This document shows, piece by piece, positions 38,257-50,134 of a stretch of DNA of 64,000 nucleotides. How positions within the stretch are numbered: position 1 is the first letter of the stretch; the number at the start of each line of letters is the position of its first letter. The notes beneath the pieces were generated by a model. It saw only the letters and a list, made by a program, of their open reading frames with translations. It was not told the DNA's origin and searched no databases. The position numbers were made by a program, and so were the translations under genes. Origin of the DNA: Seison nebaliae (taxonomy: Eukaryota); contig JALJEE010000145.1 of assembly GCA_023231475.1 (NCBI GenBank), positions 62,001 to 126,000 on the forward strand. Direction: 5' to 3'.

Positions 38257-39282
38257 ATGCGTTTTCTTCGGTTGTTAAGAAACTTAAATAAATATGTTCC
38301 TTGTTCCAATAGACAATTTTGTGTCAGTTCTATCCATCTTAATGATGATTTGAATAAGAAGAACAAATTAGAAGTGATCGGAAAGGAATTGCCTATAATT
38401 TGGAGGAATTACAAAGATCTTATTCGATTCGATCGTCCGACAGGAACTTATTTATTATGGTTACCTTCGTCATTTGCTATCGGTTTATGTTCAAATGTAC
38501 AAGAACTTCCCGATCTTTATATGATGTCAATATTTGGAATAGGATCTTTTCTTATGAGAAGCGGAGGTTGTATAATAAATGATATTCATGACAGAAAAAT
38601 CGACGGTAAAGTGGAGAGAACATCAAATCGTCCGATAGCTTCTAATCGGATAAGTGTGAGATTGGCATCAATTTATCTTTTGTCAAATATCATTTTATCT
38701 GGCTCTCTCATTCTCTTCGATTTCAATCTTCTTTCTATTCAATTATGTGTGGCAATTTTGCCTTTCGTTTTTACTTATCCTCTCGCCAAACGATGCACAT
38801 TCCTCCCACAACTCTATCTCGGTCTCACTTACAATTGGAGTTCAGTCGTCGCTTATGGAACTTGTATGAATCATTTAGTTCCATCAGTTATTCTTCCGCT
38901 ATATATCTCCTGCATTTTCTGGACATTATTCTACGATACGGGATATGCATTTCAAGATATCAAAGATGATGAGAAGATCGGGGTAAAATCATTAGCAAGA
39001 TTATTGAAACGATTTCAGAAGGAGAAGGTGATTCTTTCCATTTTTCTCTTATCGTCAATCTCATCATTAGCTGTCATTCCTATGATGAATCCTGATATTT
39101 TCCAATCGAATAAAATTTTTTATATGGGATTAATTTCCTCGACAATTTATGGAATGAATTTATTGAGAAATTTAAATTTATATGATGATCGAAAATCGGG
39201 AGGAGTTTTCTTCGAAAGAAATGTCCGTTTTGGTCTACTCATCTTATCGTCCATAATTCTAGCGAAATATTTAGATTTCTAA
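38257..39282 (+). CDS. COQ2: 4-hydroxybenzoate polyprenyltransferase, mitochondrial (single exon)
   Basis: Basic presequence, 'LIRFDRPTGTYLL', 'GCIINDIHDRKIDGKVERTSNRPIAS', 'YPLAKR' and 'YDTGYAFQDIKDDEKIGVKS' (UbiA motifs). Confidence 0.95.
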   Translation: MRFLRLLRNLNKYVPCSNRQFCVSSIHLNDDLNKKNKLEVIGKELPIIWRNYKDLIRFDRPTGTYLLWLPSSFAIGLCSNVQELPDLYMMSIFGIGSFLMRSGGCIINDIHDRKIDGKVERTSNRPIASNRISVRLASIYLLSNIILSGSLILFDFNLLSIQLCVAILPFVFTYPLAKRCTFLPQLYLGLTYNWSSVVAYGTCMNHLVPSVILPLYISCIFWTLFYDTGYAFQDIKDDEKIGVKSLARLLKRFQKEKVILSIFLLSSISSLAVIPMMNPDIFQSNKIFYMGLISSTIYGMNLLRNLNLYDDRKSGGVFFERNVRFGLLILSSIILAKYLDF

Positions 39283-39370
39283 TAATTATTTGTAATAAAT
39301 TTCTTTTTATTTTCCTAATAGAATTTTACTCATTAATCAATTCTCAATTAAGGGAAATGAAAGAGAAGAA

Positions 39371-39934
39371 ATGTCAGATAATACAGAAATGAATATTAAT
39401 GGAGAAAATAATGATCTATTAGTTAGCGACATTCTACAACGACTCATTGGACAGAATCATAAGAGACAAATGTTCGTCAACCCTCAATGTGGAGCGTTCC
39501 ATCAAGCACCTCCACCGGAACAAGCAAGAATACAAAAGTTAATGGACAGTTGTTCCGCCAAGATGGTCATTAGTGGAGTTGGGGGAGTTGGCCTTGGTGC
39601 CATCTTTGGTATCTTTACAGCAAGTATTGATCCAATGTCAACCATCACTCCTGCTGGACAAATAAAGCCACCTACGACCAAACAAGTATTCTTCGAAATG
39701 AAGAATCGGTCGATCTCGTACGCAAAGAACTTCGCCGTTCTCGGCATCATTTTCTCCGGAATTGAATGTAACATCGAGAGTTATCGAGGTAAACAAGATA
39801 TCTGGAACGGAACGTATGCCGGTGCAGCGACCGGAGGTATTTTAGGATTTCGAGCAGGTGTTAAAGCTGGCATTTATGGAACTATCGGATTTGCCGGTTT
39901 CTCTTATTTAATCGAATTATTTTTAAATCATTAA
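39371..39934 (+). CDS. TIMM22: Mitochondrial inner membrane translocase TIM22 (single exon)
   Basis: 'MDSCSAKMVISGVGGVGLGAIFGIFTASID', 'SYAKNFAVLGIIFSGIECNIESYRGKQD' and 'GGILGFRAGVKAG'. Confidence 0.95.
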   Translation: MSDNTEMNINGENNDLLVSDILQRLIGQNHKRQMFVNPQCGAFHQAPPPEQARIQKLMDSCSAKMVISGVGGVGLGAIFGIFTASIDPMSTITPAGQIKPPTTKQVFFEMKNRSISYAKNFAVLGIIFSGIECNIESYRGKQDIWNGTYAGAATGGILGFRAGVKAGIYGTIGFAGFSYLIELFLNH

Positions 39935-40924
39935 TTATTTCAAAAAAAAGACATAAAAATAATGTAAAGATTTTTTTTACCAAACATTCTTTAAATCATC
40001 AAATATTGTTATGATAAGAAATGATTGATCATTGAGGGAATTTATCGAGGAAGTTCAATAATTTTTATGGGAGAATAATAAGAAAATTTGTAGGAGGAAT
40101 AAATCTTTTGCTTAATATCATGGACTGGAACTAATGGTGTTTTCTTCTCTTATTCTGTTGAATAATAATTGTTTAATAGAATCGTTTGTATATGCAGTTT
40201 GTTTTTGTTGATGGACATCGGGTATCGAATATGTTCATGGAAGAATATTGAAGACATATGGCGGCGTATCACGTTCTCTTTTATCACTTACATCATTTCA
40301 ACACTTCATTCCTGTTGCCTAACTAAGTCTACTGTTTAATTGAAAACAATTAGAAAGAAATATTTATATATATGTATATATATTGGCTGGAGGACAGATG
40401 TGCTAACATGATTGTGTAATGTTTGATAAAAGTTGGAGGAATAAGGTATTAGGTATTATCTAAAATCTGTTAAGAAAAGAAACAGGAAAAGTATTCACAG
40501 AATAATGGTGAATGGAGCAATTCGTATTGAACTTTCATAAAATTTATTGTATTCCGTTTTATGTATCTGTTATCAAGATGATAGAATAAGAGGAGATAAC
40601 TAGTTGTTGAGTTGTAAAATACGTTCGTTGCATTATCACGAGAATGTCGAACATTTAGTTATAATTGTACGTTATCGTGTGAAGATGTTCATTTCGTGAA
40701 TTAAAAGTCAATATCTCTACAACTAGCTTGTTTACTTTCAATCTCCTTAACATTATCTCTCATCTTTCTACATATTCCGTTTAATATAATTTCTCCAAAA
40801 AAGAAATTAGGCAAAAGAATAACAAACTAGTTGGTGAAAACTCATTTAATTCAATTCAGATTTATTTATTTAAATTTCTATTGAACCTTATTTCTCATAA
40901 ATATTACGTTGAATTATACTTCAA

Positions 40925-41759
40925 ATGGCTTCCGCTGCAAATAAAATTCTACTGAGAGATGATAAATTCGACGGGAATTTCATTGTTGAAGCACTCTCTG
41001 AACTGGTTGGAACTTCAATTCTGGCATGTGTGGCTACTTTTGGAAATCACTTAGGTGTCGCTGGGCCAATTGTTGTCGGATTAACATTATTGGTTCTAGT
41101 AACTGTGTTCGGTGGCCTTGGTGGGGCTCATGTCAATCCAGCTGTTAGTATAGCAGCCTTGGTAGCTCAACGTATCAGCGTAGTTCGTTGTGGTATATAT
41201 ATCCTGATGCAAATTGTTGGTTCGTTCATTGGTGGTGGGTTAGCGCGTGGCTTGAATTCGGCCGGTCCATTTCCACCGGGTGTTGTTAATACAAAAGGAC
41301 AAGCGTTTGCAGGTGAAATGATTGGAACATTTATCTTAGTTATGACCGTTTTGATGGTAACTCATGAGCGTTTTGGTAATAAATATGGTGGAACTGCACC
41401 TATCCTGATAGGTATGAGTTTAGCCGTAGGCGCATCGGTGGCGGTTATTTGAAATTTCTTGTCAACTTAATTTAATTCTTCTTCTTTACTCTATCATATC
41501 TCAGGCTTCAGTTAGTGGCGGTTGTTTAAATTTTGCAGTTTATTTAGGACCGACAATTGTTGCTCGTAATGATTTCTCAAACTTCTGGGTTCCCTTCTTA
41601 TTTCTTCAATTATTTCTTCAATTATTTCAAATAATTTTCTTATAATAGATCTATTTGGTTGCTCCAATTGCCGGCGGTTGTTTAGCAGCAGTTTTATCCT
41701 ACCTATGGAACATTCATAAGAAGGATGACGCCTCAATCATAACAGCTGATCAAACGTAA
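40925..41759 (+). CDS. Aquaporin/MIP family channel, copy 1 (237 aa; exons 40925-41443, 41505-41588, 41649-41759)
   Basis: 'SELVGT', 'GGAHVNPAVS', 'GEMIGTFILV', loop E 'SGGCLNFAV' and 'WIYLVAPIAGG'. Confidence 0.92.
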
Positions 41760-42443
41760 TTACATTAATAATTCAACGATTATCTATTTATTTATTTTAA
41801 TTTGTTGCTTAAAATCCCTTTGGGGTTATTCACAAATATAATTGGCCAACAAATTATAAGAATTATCTTTATATAGGGTCAATGATTTAGGAGAAATTAA
41901 CGCGCAATCAGGTATGAAATTGAACGAAATTATTGAGACTACTACACCACCACCACCACCACCACCAAAATCATCATTTCCCGAAGTAGACATTTTATAG
42001 TTATGAAAAAATCAAACTAGATCACTTTCCTTTTTATTTTACTAAACGATTTACAATTCGATTGTAAGACGATAACTAACTATTGAATAAAAACTTTTCT
42101 TTTAATAGAAGAATTATAGTAAAATGTTGAATATAAATACTGATAGAAATGATTTTATTGTAAGTTCAACCTTATCTAACGAATATATTAAAAGATTATT
42201 TCCCGAAAGTAGTATTTGAGAGAAGTATCTCATCCAAGGATTCAAGAACGTTATGACAAGATATATTATGACGTTATATTCAAGAAAAGTTTAACAATTA
42301 TCTGGATTCTGCTCTAAAGCGTAAATTAATTAGTAGTAGATTAAACTGATTCATAAAAATTCATTTTATTCAATTCAGATTTATTTATTTAAATTTCTAT
42401 TGAGTCTTATTTTTCATAAATATTACGTAGAATTATATTCGAA

Positions 42444-43268
42444 ATGGCAAGTGCTATTCATAGAATTCTTTTAGGAGATGTTAAATGTGATTTGAATTTC
42501 TTTGTTGAGGCATTCTCTGAAATGATCGGTACTTCAATATTGACATGTGTGGCCACTCATGGCAATCACTTAGGTGCCGCTGGCCCAATTATTGTTGGAC
42601 TAGCATTATTGGTTATTGTATCTATATTTGGTGGTATTGGTGGTGCTCATGTCAATCCAGCAGTTAGTTTAGCAGCCTTCGTAGCTCAACGGGTCAGTCT
42701 ATTGCGCTGCAGCATCTATATTGTAATGCAAATTGCCGGTTCTTTTATTGGTGGCGGTTTAGCCCTTTCACTAAACTCAGCTGGACCTTTTCCGCCCATT
42801 GTTGCCAGTTCAAAAACAACTGCATTCGTAGGTGAATTTATTGGAACATTTATCTTAGTTTTGACCGTTTTAATGGTAACGCATGAACGTTTTGGCAGTA
42901 AATATGGTGGTACTGCCCCTATTCTAATTGGTATCAGTTTAGCTGTAGGAGCATCCCTCGCGGTTTTTCGAAATTTTATCTTAATTCTCTGTCTAATCTT
43001 TTCACATTATCATATCTCAGGGTTCAGTTAGTGGTGGTTGTTTAAATTTTGCGGTTTATATTGGACCGACAATTATAGCTCGTAAAGACTTTACATCTCT
43101 TTGGGTTTTCTTCTAATTTCTTCAATTATTTTCAAATTTTTTTTTTCCTTTTAATAGATCTACTTGGTTGCTCCAATTTCTGGTGGTTGTTTTGCAGCAG
43201 CCTTATCCTATGCGTGGAACATACATAAAAAAGACAATTCATCCATCGCAACATTTGATAATACGTAA
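42444..43268 (+). CDS. Aquaporin/MIP family channel, copy 2 (exons 42444-42962, 43021-43104, 43158-43268)
   Basis: Tandem paralog with the same intron positions; 'GGAHVNPAVS', 'SGGCLNFAV' and 'WIYLVAPISGG'. Confidence 0.92.
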
Positions 43269-44520
43269 TCATATCAACAATTTAAGCTATATTTACCTTT
43301 TTTATTACTGGTTTAAAGTGAAATGATAAAGTACTCTGAGGTCAATTCAGTTCTTCTCATCTGCTATTCTACTATTCTTTATTGTTGCTTTTTATGAATA
43401 AACTATATCTTCTTTTATCATCTCATTATTACCACTCTCCCCTCACTATTACTTAGACACTCTCCGAAGTCACCGCAGTTTTATCTGCTTTTGTTTATCT
43501 CGAGGGAACTTTATCTATATTTGTTATTACGTATATTTCAAGAAATGCTTTGGAGGAAAACCTAAAAAATGCACATTATAATTTCATCGATAAAATCATT
43601 CATATTGATCCAAACTTCCTGAAATTTTTCAAGTAGGTTAACATTTAATAAGTTATTCGTCTTACATATTTCCTTCAAAAATATATGCACTTAAAGATGC
43701 TCAAAGACAAGCTCAAAGCTCAATATAACTTCACTAATTTTGAAAATTTGAACACTGAATTGTTCAAACGTGGTGATTTCAATAAACCAAACCACGACTT
43801 AAAATAATTTACGGTTGATAGGGAAAAGTAAAAATACCACTTTTAAAAAATGCTCGATAATTATTTCACTTTTTGTTGAAAAATTTTTGTTCACTAATAC
43901 AGTTGAATTCTATGAATCTACTCTAATACTGTTTTTCTATTAATTTCATTTCACCAGCAACCTAAGAAAGTAATCACTAATCAGCTGTAAAATGAGTTCT
44001 CTTCTTTTCTTTTTAGTTTTCCTCAAGATGATTTTATTTTGAAACAAAATAAAAATATACGTAAACTGATGGATCATCTATCAACACAATATAGTCATAT
44101 ATGACTATATTTATTCTGATATCATATCTGATATATATATTTTATAGTCATATAGTTATATACTATTGATATATATATACTACATATATAGTATAATCTA
44201 TTGGTCATAAATTAAGATATCTTCGAATTAAGGTAACACAATTTACAAAATAACTAGAGAAACTTTATTTTCAACTTGACATTGAATATAAATAATAATA
44301 TCATGATGAAGAAAGAAATGATTGTGTATTGATATAATTTATAAAATAAAATTTGCTTTAGCATAACTGTATATAAAAATTAGCATAAGATAAATTAAAG
44401 AAAATAAATTTAAAGTTCGAACTCATTTCAATTAATTCTTTTCGCGTTCATCATCCTCATTATATATATCCAATATCTCCATTATTGACATATATTAATT
44501 TCTCCTTCAATATTGGAAGA

Positions 44521-47500
44521 TCAGTATTGACAACTGTCAGATAAATGTAATGTATAATCGAATGTTAATAAAAGATGATGAACAGCTTTTGTCACATTCT
44601 CTATATCGAGATCACTCTCCAAAATCTTCCAAGATCGATTGCGAAATAAATGAGGAGCATGATACTCTTTATCACAATGTGCAAATAACGAATAAGATAA
44701 CAATCGAGTAATGATGATAAATAATTTAGGATCATCAACCATCAACTCTTCGTAAGCGATGTTTAAATATTGACGACATAATGTGAAGAAAATACTCGTT
44801 TCTTTCTCAGTTGATTTGTGTATAAGTTTGATGAAATTGTGAGATATTTCATTCCGATTCATATGTGAAAGTGAATCAGAATTGAAGGAACTGATTAAAT
44901 AACTTTCACGTCTCGATTCTACCGATGAGAAATTTTGATAATTGAAATTCCCGAAAGATTCCAACAATTTCAAACATAAACTAATTTTTATTTCATTTTC
45001 ATTTTGGGCAATTGGTGACATTGTTGTTACTGTTCCCGTCGTTGTTAATGGTAATGGTTGTTGTAGTTGTTGTTGTTGTATTGATGGTGAATGATCAATG
45101 GAATGAGAAATTGAACCATTCCGATTATTCCAAATTTGATGAATTGACATTTTTAAAAATTGCCAATAAGTCGATTGTCTCGTTTCCTTCATAAATTTAT
45201 CATATTCGTCTTTCGAACAACTTTTACTCGACATCGTTACCAACCACAACATAATAAAAATGAATAAAGTTTGCATCGGATAATTTAATTGACAATCCTC
45301 CTCGTCATCCAAATAGATTTGTTTCATTATTTTATTCATTATTGATTTCGTATAATAATCTTCGACCGCTGCCAATTTCCATATCTTTTTGTCTAACAAT
45401 TTATTCAAAAGTTTCATGATGATATTCTTTTGTAACCAGTTTGTATGAATCTTTTTCAATCGATTATTCTCGATCGAATTCACATCCATCTCAATATATT
45501 TGACAAATTCATCTTTCCCCAAATCTTGATAATAATAATATTCCAATACTAACAATTCGGGAAGGGACAAAGTGAGAAATGTTCGTTTTAAACTTCCATC
45601 CAACGTCACAAATTCGTCGCCTTCTAATCCGAAATTTATCAAGAAATTTACCGACAATTTAGGAAGATATTCCAAATTTTTATCCGTTTCCATTCCTTTC
45701 TTTTTCTGATATTGGAAATTATTCAGAATTGACATTAAATTAACATGAGGATAAAAAAGAAATATTTGTTTTTGATGACTCTTCAATAATCCACTGGAAC
45801 TTATATAACTCTGTTTTTCGATTAAGAGAATTGATAAAATTTGTTCATTTTCATAAATTTCTTCATCGTTTTCTAATTTTTGTTTCTTCTTCAATTTACC
45901 ACATTTCACCAGAAAGAACGATGTTTCATCAATTATATGCACACGAATTTGATGATGAATTAAGAAACTGCGAGATTTTTCCAATAATTTCTTCTCATAA
46001 ATTAGAATGAGGAAATTGAGAAATGATTGTTTTGAGCGACCGTTCTCAATATTCGGACGACCAAACAACGTTGTAATGAGATAAGATGAAACACATTTCA
46101 ATCCATTTAACATTTCCCAATGATTGTTTGTTGGGGGAACAATGATGGAGAGATGATCACTAAAATTTCTCATATTACCCAAACCGATGAAAGTTTCATC
46201 TTTTAATTTATCGAATAAATGTTGATCATATTGATAAATTTCAAATGGGAAGAGAGCGAACGTCAAATCTTTCTTTCCAATATCTCCATTATTGACAATA
46301 TCCAAAATTATTAATTGTTCATCGAATGAAGGATCATGGAATAGTTTCAATCCATTAACCTGAATATCACGATCTTTGATGAGAAGAGGAAAATTCTTTT
46401 CGATATTCTTCATACATTTTTTCAGTTTTTTCTCATTCTCTAAACTTTCTTCAAATTCTGTCCAGATTCCATTGTTGGCCGCATAGAAAGTAGAGACTTG
46501 TTTCACTACTTGACGATTTTTCATCGATTCGAACGACTGTGAAACCGACCACAAATCCTTCCCCATACCGAGATCGATCGTTTTAACAATTTTCAAATTG
46601 TTGTTACTTCGTTGACGTTTAGATGATGGTGTGGAATTGGATGAATAACTCCGTCTACGAAATGTTAAGTTGAAAATTGCGAAAACCGGTTTGTGATCGG
46701 AAATTATGATTTCTTGAATGGACGAATATTTGAGAACGGATATACGGAATTTTCTATTAAACCGATGTGACGTTTTGTAGAGAATTCGATCAGTCCAAGC
46801 AGGTATCCTCTGTTTTTCACTCGTGTCAAATTTACAGACTGTCGATTTGTTGTAACGATAAGTGGGAAGGAAAATTTTCATATCATCCATCTCTTTCAAT
46901 TGATTATTAACTAATTTATCCAAATGTTTATTCGTTTTCCTCAATTTCTTCCTTATATAATTTTCATCATAATTAGTTAAATTTATTAATGGGAATTCTT
47001 CACGAAAACCACTTAACAATTTCCTTTCACGACGTTCGATATTCAATTGATCATATGATTGGAATAAGAAAGCAATTGATAATTGTAATTGGATAGAACA
47101 ATTATTCATCAAATAAGATTTTTCTAATAAATTAATAATTGATTTCCTTTCCAATAATCGATGAGGTTCCAATCGATAATTGAGATCACCAAAGAAAAAT
47201 ATCAAATCGAAATCAGTTAATGTTAAAGTTCTTATAAGATTATGATCTGATGATTCGATTGGGAATTTCGTTTGTTGCAGAATATTTTTCGCGTCTTCAT
47301 TACGTCGACTCACCATTTCTACATGTGCCGCCATATGAGTATTAATGAAACAATATTTCAAATTATCGATTTCTAACGAAATTGCTATCGAACCTTTATT
47401 ACCCAATTGATTCATAATTCCTGTTCTTACTTGTGAGATATATGATGATTGTACATCGATACATGACTTCCATTCCTCTGTGATTGTTTCGTATTTATAT

Positions 47501-47835
47501 TTGATGAAAATCAAGGAACATATTCCAATTAATTGAGATTTCTTTAACAGAACAAATCGATATTGATCATCCGAATTATTCATTCGACATTTCGATAATC
47601 GAACACTTAATAATTCCGATATCGTCTTCGTCCAATGACTCATATAATCGCCGGGACCAATCAACACATTTTTCATTGTTAATGGTGCCGCTTCCTGCAA
47701 TCCAATTGCCACAATATCAATATTGCTATTGACACTCTCAATCCAATCATACAATGATAAATTTCCATTTTTAGGAGGTATATGTGTCTGGACATTGAAT
47801 GTACTAATCCAAATATTTATATCTTTATTCGACAT
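44521..47835 (-). CDS. Inositol polyphosphate 5-phosphatase, OCRL/INPP5B-like (single exon, 1104 aa)
   Basis: 'IVAIGLQE', 'TGIMNQLGNKGSI', 'FINTHMAAH', 'FFGDLNYRL', 'PTYRY..DTSEKQRIPAWTDRILY' and 'SDHKPV'. The long divergent C-terminus may be degenerate ASH/RhoGAP-like. Confidence 0.85.
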   Translation of the reverse strand: MSNKDINIWISTFNVQTHIPPKNGNLSLYDWIESVNSNIDIVAIGLQEAAPLTMKNVLIGPGDYMSHWTKTISELLSVRLSKCRMNNSDDQYRFVLLKKSQLIGICSLIFIKYKYETITEEWKSCIDVQSSYISQVRTGIMNQLGNKGSIAISLEIDNLKYCFINTHMAAHVEMVSRRNEDAKNILQQTKFPIESSDHNLIRTLTLTDFDLIFFFGDLNYRLEPHRLLERKSIINLLEKSYLMNNCSIQLQLSIAFLFQSYDQLNIERRERKLLSGFREEFPLINLTNYDENYIRKKLRKTNKHLDKLVNNQLKEMDDMKIFLPTYRYNKSTVCKFDTSEKQRIPAWTDRILYKTSHRFNRKFRISVLKYSSIQEIIISDHKPVFAIFNLTFRRRSYSSNSTPSSKRQRSNNNLKIVKTIDLGMGKDLWSVSQSFESMKNRQVVKQVSTFYAANNGIWTEFEESLENEKKLKKCMKNIEKNFPLLIKDRDIQVNGLKLFHDPSFDEQLIILDIVNNGDIGKKDLTFALFPFEIYQYDQHLFDKLKDETFIGLGNMRNFSDHLSIIVPPTNNHWEMLNGLKCVSSYLITTLFGRPNIENGRSKQSFLNFLILIYEKKLLEKSRSFLIHHQIRVHIIDETSFFLVKCGKLKKKQKLENDEEIYENEQILSILLIEKQSYISSSGLLKSHQKQIFLFYPHVNLMSILNNFQYQKKKGMETDKNLEYLPKLSVNFLINFGLEGDEFVTLDGSLKRTFLTLSLPELLVLEYYYYQDLGKDEFVKYIEMDVNSIENNRLKKIHTNWLQKNIIMKLLNKLLDKKIWKLAAVEDYYTKSIMNKIMKQIYLDDEEDCQLNYPMQTLFIFIMLWLVTMSSKSCSKDEYDKFMKETRQSTYWQFLKMSIHQIWNNRNGSISHSIDHSPSIQQQQLQQPLPLTTTGTVTTMSPIAQNENEIKISLCLKLLESFGNFNYQNFSSVESRRESYLISSFNSDSLSHMNRNEISHNFIKLIHKSTEKETSIFFTLCRQYLNIAYEELMVDDPKLFIIITRLLSYSLFAHCDKEYHAPHLFRNRSWKILESDLDIENVTKAVHHLLLTFDYTLHLSDSCQY

Positions 47836-48825
47836 CGAATCGACAAATATTCATTTGGAATAAATTGGAATGATACACTCAATAATACTAATGGAAATTT
47901 TTCTATAAAGAATTCTAATAAATTTTATTAATATTGTTAAAAATATTTCCCAGAATTTTGAGAGACTGTCACGTATGAAAAAACACTTTTACAATTTTCC
48001 CATAATTTTTTTAAACTGGTTATAGAAAAGTTGTCGAAAAAAATTTGGGGAGAAATTAATTGAAGTAAACATGTCAACGTGAAAATGGCAATGAAATGAA
48101 AAATGATCAACAGACTTGCAAATTCTTAAAATAAATCGCACACAAATTTTGTGTTTTTCTTTCTCGAAAATATTTTTATTTTTCAACGTTGTTAATAAAT
48201 CAATGAAAATTAACAATGGTATATTTGAGTTATTTGATTGAATAAATGTGAAATTAAATGTCATTAATCATCTACTTATTCTCATTCTCATTCTCCTCAA
48301 AGCTTTCCATTCTCTCTATATTTCATTTATTTTCAGAAAGAATTTGGTAGATAAACCATCCAATTTATCATTTGGTGGCTCTGATTCATTTGAAAGGAAA
48401 GAAAATCTTTTGAAAAATATCAGTTAAATCAACAAACGTCAAAACATACATAAATGTGATTCATCAAATTCAGAAATATTATGTGAAAAGAATAACTTGT
48501 CATAAGATAGGAAAAATTATTAAGGAAAAGTACTGTTATATAATTTGGTTTATAAATTGACTGGTTATTTCATTTGTTGGAAAAAAATTGTAAATAATTA
48601 AAATTTTTAATTAATTTATTTCTCTATTAAATTCAAAAGTTAAGCTTATAAATTTAATTTTTTTTAAATTATCAATCTCTTATACTAATCATTGTTGAAT
48701 ATTGCACTGAATAGAATAAACATTGTTGTAGTATTGAGGAAGATTGTAGAAAGATTTTAGTTTTAATTTTTTAGAGAATTTTTTAAACTTCTATTTTTCT
48801 TACCAATTAGACATTCCCAGCAATA

Positions 48826-50038
48826 ATGTCGTTAGAAAGTACCGTTATATGGTTAGAATTTATTTAAGTAATATTTAATCCTTATATTCCTGTGTCAGTA
48901 TCGACGGTAGTGATTTTATGAGAAATGGAGATTATCTCCCCACAAGAGGACAAGCACAAGCGGAAGCTGTTAATTGGCTGGCTGGTTACAAGATCAAAGC
49001 GAATGTCGAGAATAATGTCGCTCTGATAAAAATGGCGGAGTTAAAATTTTTATGATTGAAGATGAATATTATTTTAATTAAAGTAAAATTAATTTATTAT
49101 CATCATTTACAAATGATTCAATTCGAATGTATGGAAAAATGCATCAAATGGATTTCAATCATACAGCGAAACCGGTGGAATCAGTTGATTTACCATCTGC
49201 CATCGAAGTAGCGAACGTTTCAATTTCTTAAAGAATTTGAATTATTAAATTTATTGTGCATTAGTTGGCGTTGAAACATCGACAGAATAAGAATTGCAGA
49301 CCGAAAATTGTTGTATTCATTGGAAGTCCATTGAATATTCACAATAAAGAACGTTTGAATAAGTTGGCGAAAAAGTTGAAGAAAGAGAAAATTAATGTGG
49401 ATATTATCAGTTATGGTGAGTATGATGATAATACGTTAATATTGAATAATTTCATTGAAATCGTTGCTGGAAGTGAAGCGAAAAAGTTTGTTATTTCTCA
49501 TCATTATTAATTTCTCATTTTTCTCAGTTCACATTTACTTCAAATTCCGTCAGGCAGATCATTGAAGGAAGCTGTTGCTGAAAGTGGAATATTCCCAATA
49601 AGTAATCCTGGAAATGGTTTAGATAACGAGCCGACAGATCCAGATTTGGAAATGGCCTTACGATTGTCATTGGAAGAACAACATAACGCTCAAGTCCGAA
49701 ATGTTCAACCATCAGCAATGGAAGTTGATGGTGTCGTTGCATCATCAAATCCAACTGCTGCAACTACTACCACAACGAATGCTGCTCCCTCACCAATGTT
49801 AGGTACTAATGATGGAATGAATGATGCAATTTTGGCATCGACATACGCGGGAATGAGTGAAGATGAGCAAATGAGACGAGCCATCGAATTGTCTTTACAA
49901 GAAGCGACGACAGATAATGTTGGAAATGAAGAGGAGAAAGTTGAAGAGAATATATTAGTGGAAGAAGAGATGAAGGAAGTGGAAGAAGTGAAAGAAGAAG
50001 AAATTGTTGAAGAGAAGAAGGATGAGAAGAAAGAATGA
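48826..50038 (+). CDS. PSMD4: 26S proteasome ubiquitin receptor Rpn10/S5a (5 exons)
   Basis: [25 protein letters not shown] (vWA), 'LALKHRQNKN..KIVVFIGSP', 'LAKKLKKEKINVDIISYGE', and UIMs 'DPDLEMALRLSLEEQ' and 'SEDEQMRRAIELSLQ'. Confidence 0.95.
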
Positions 50039-50134
50039 AATTTTATTTGATATTTTATCTTCGAAATAACTCTCAAATTTCTCATGAATAAACATTTTTA
50101 ATTCTTCTTTAACAAAGCGCAAAATATTAAAGAA

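Noticed and set aside
41946..41967. (CCA)n tract between the aquaporin copies
   Set aside because: An ordinary short microsatellite with no further structure.
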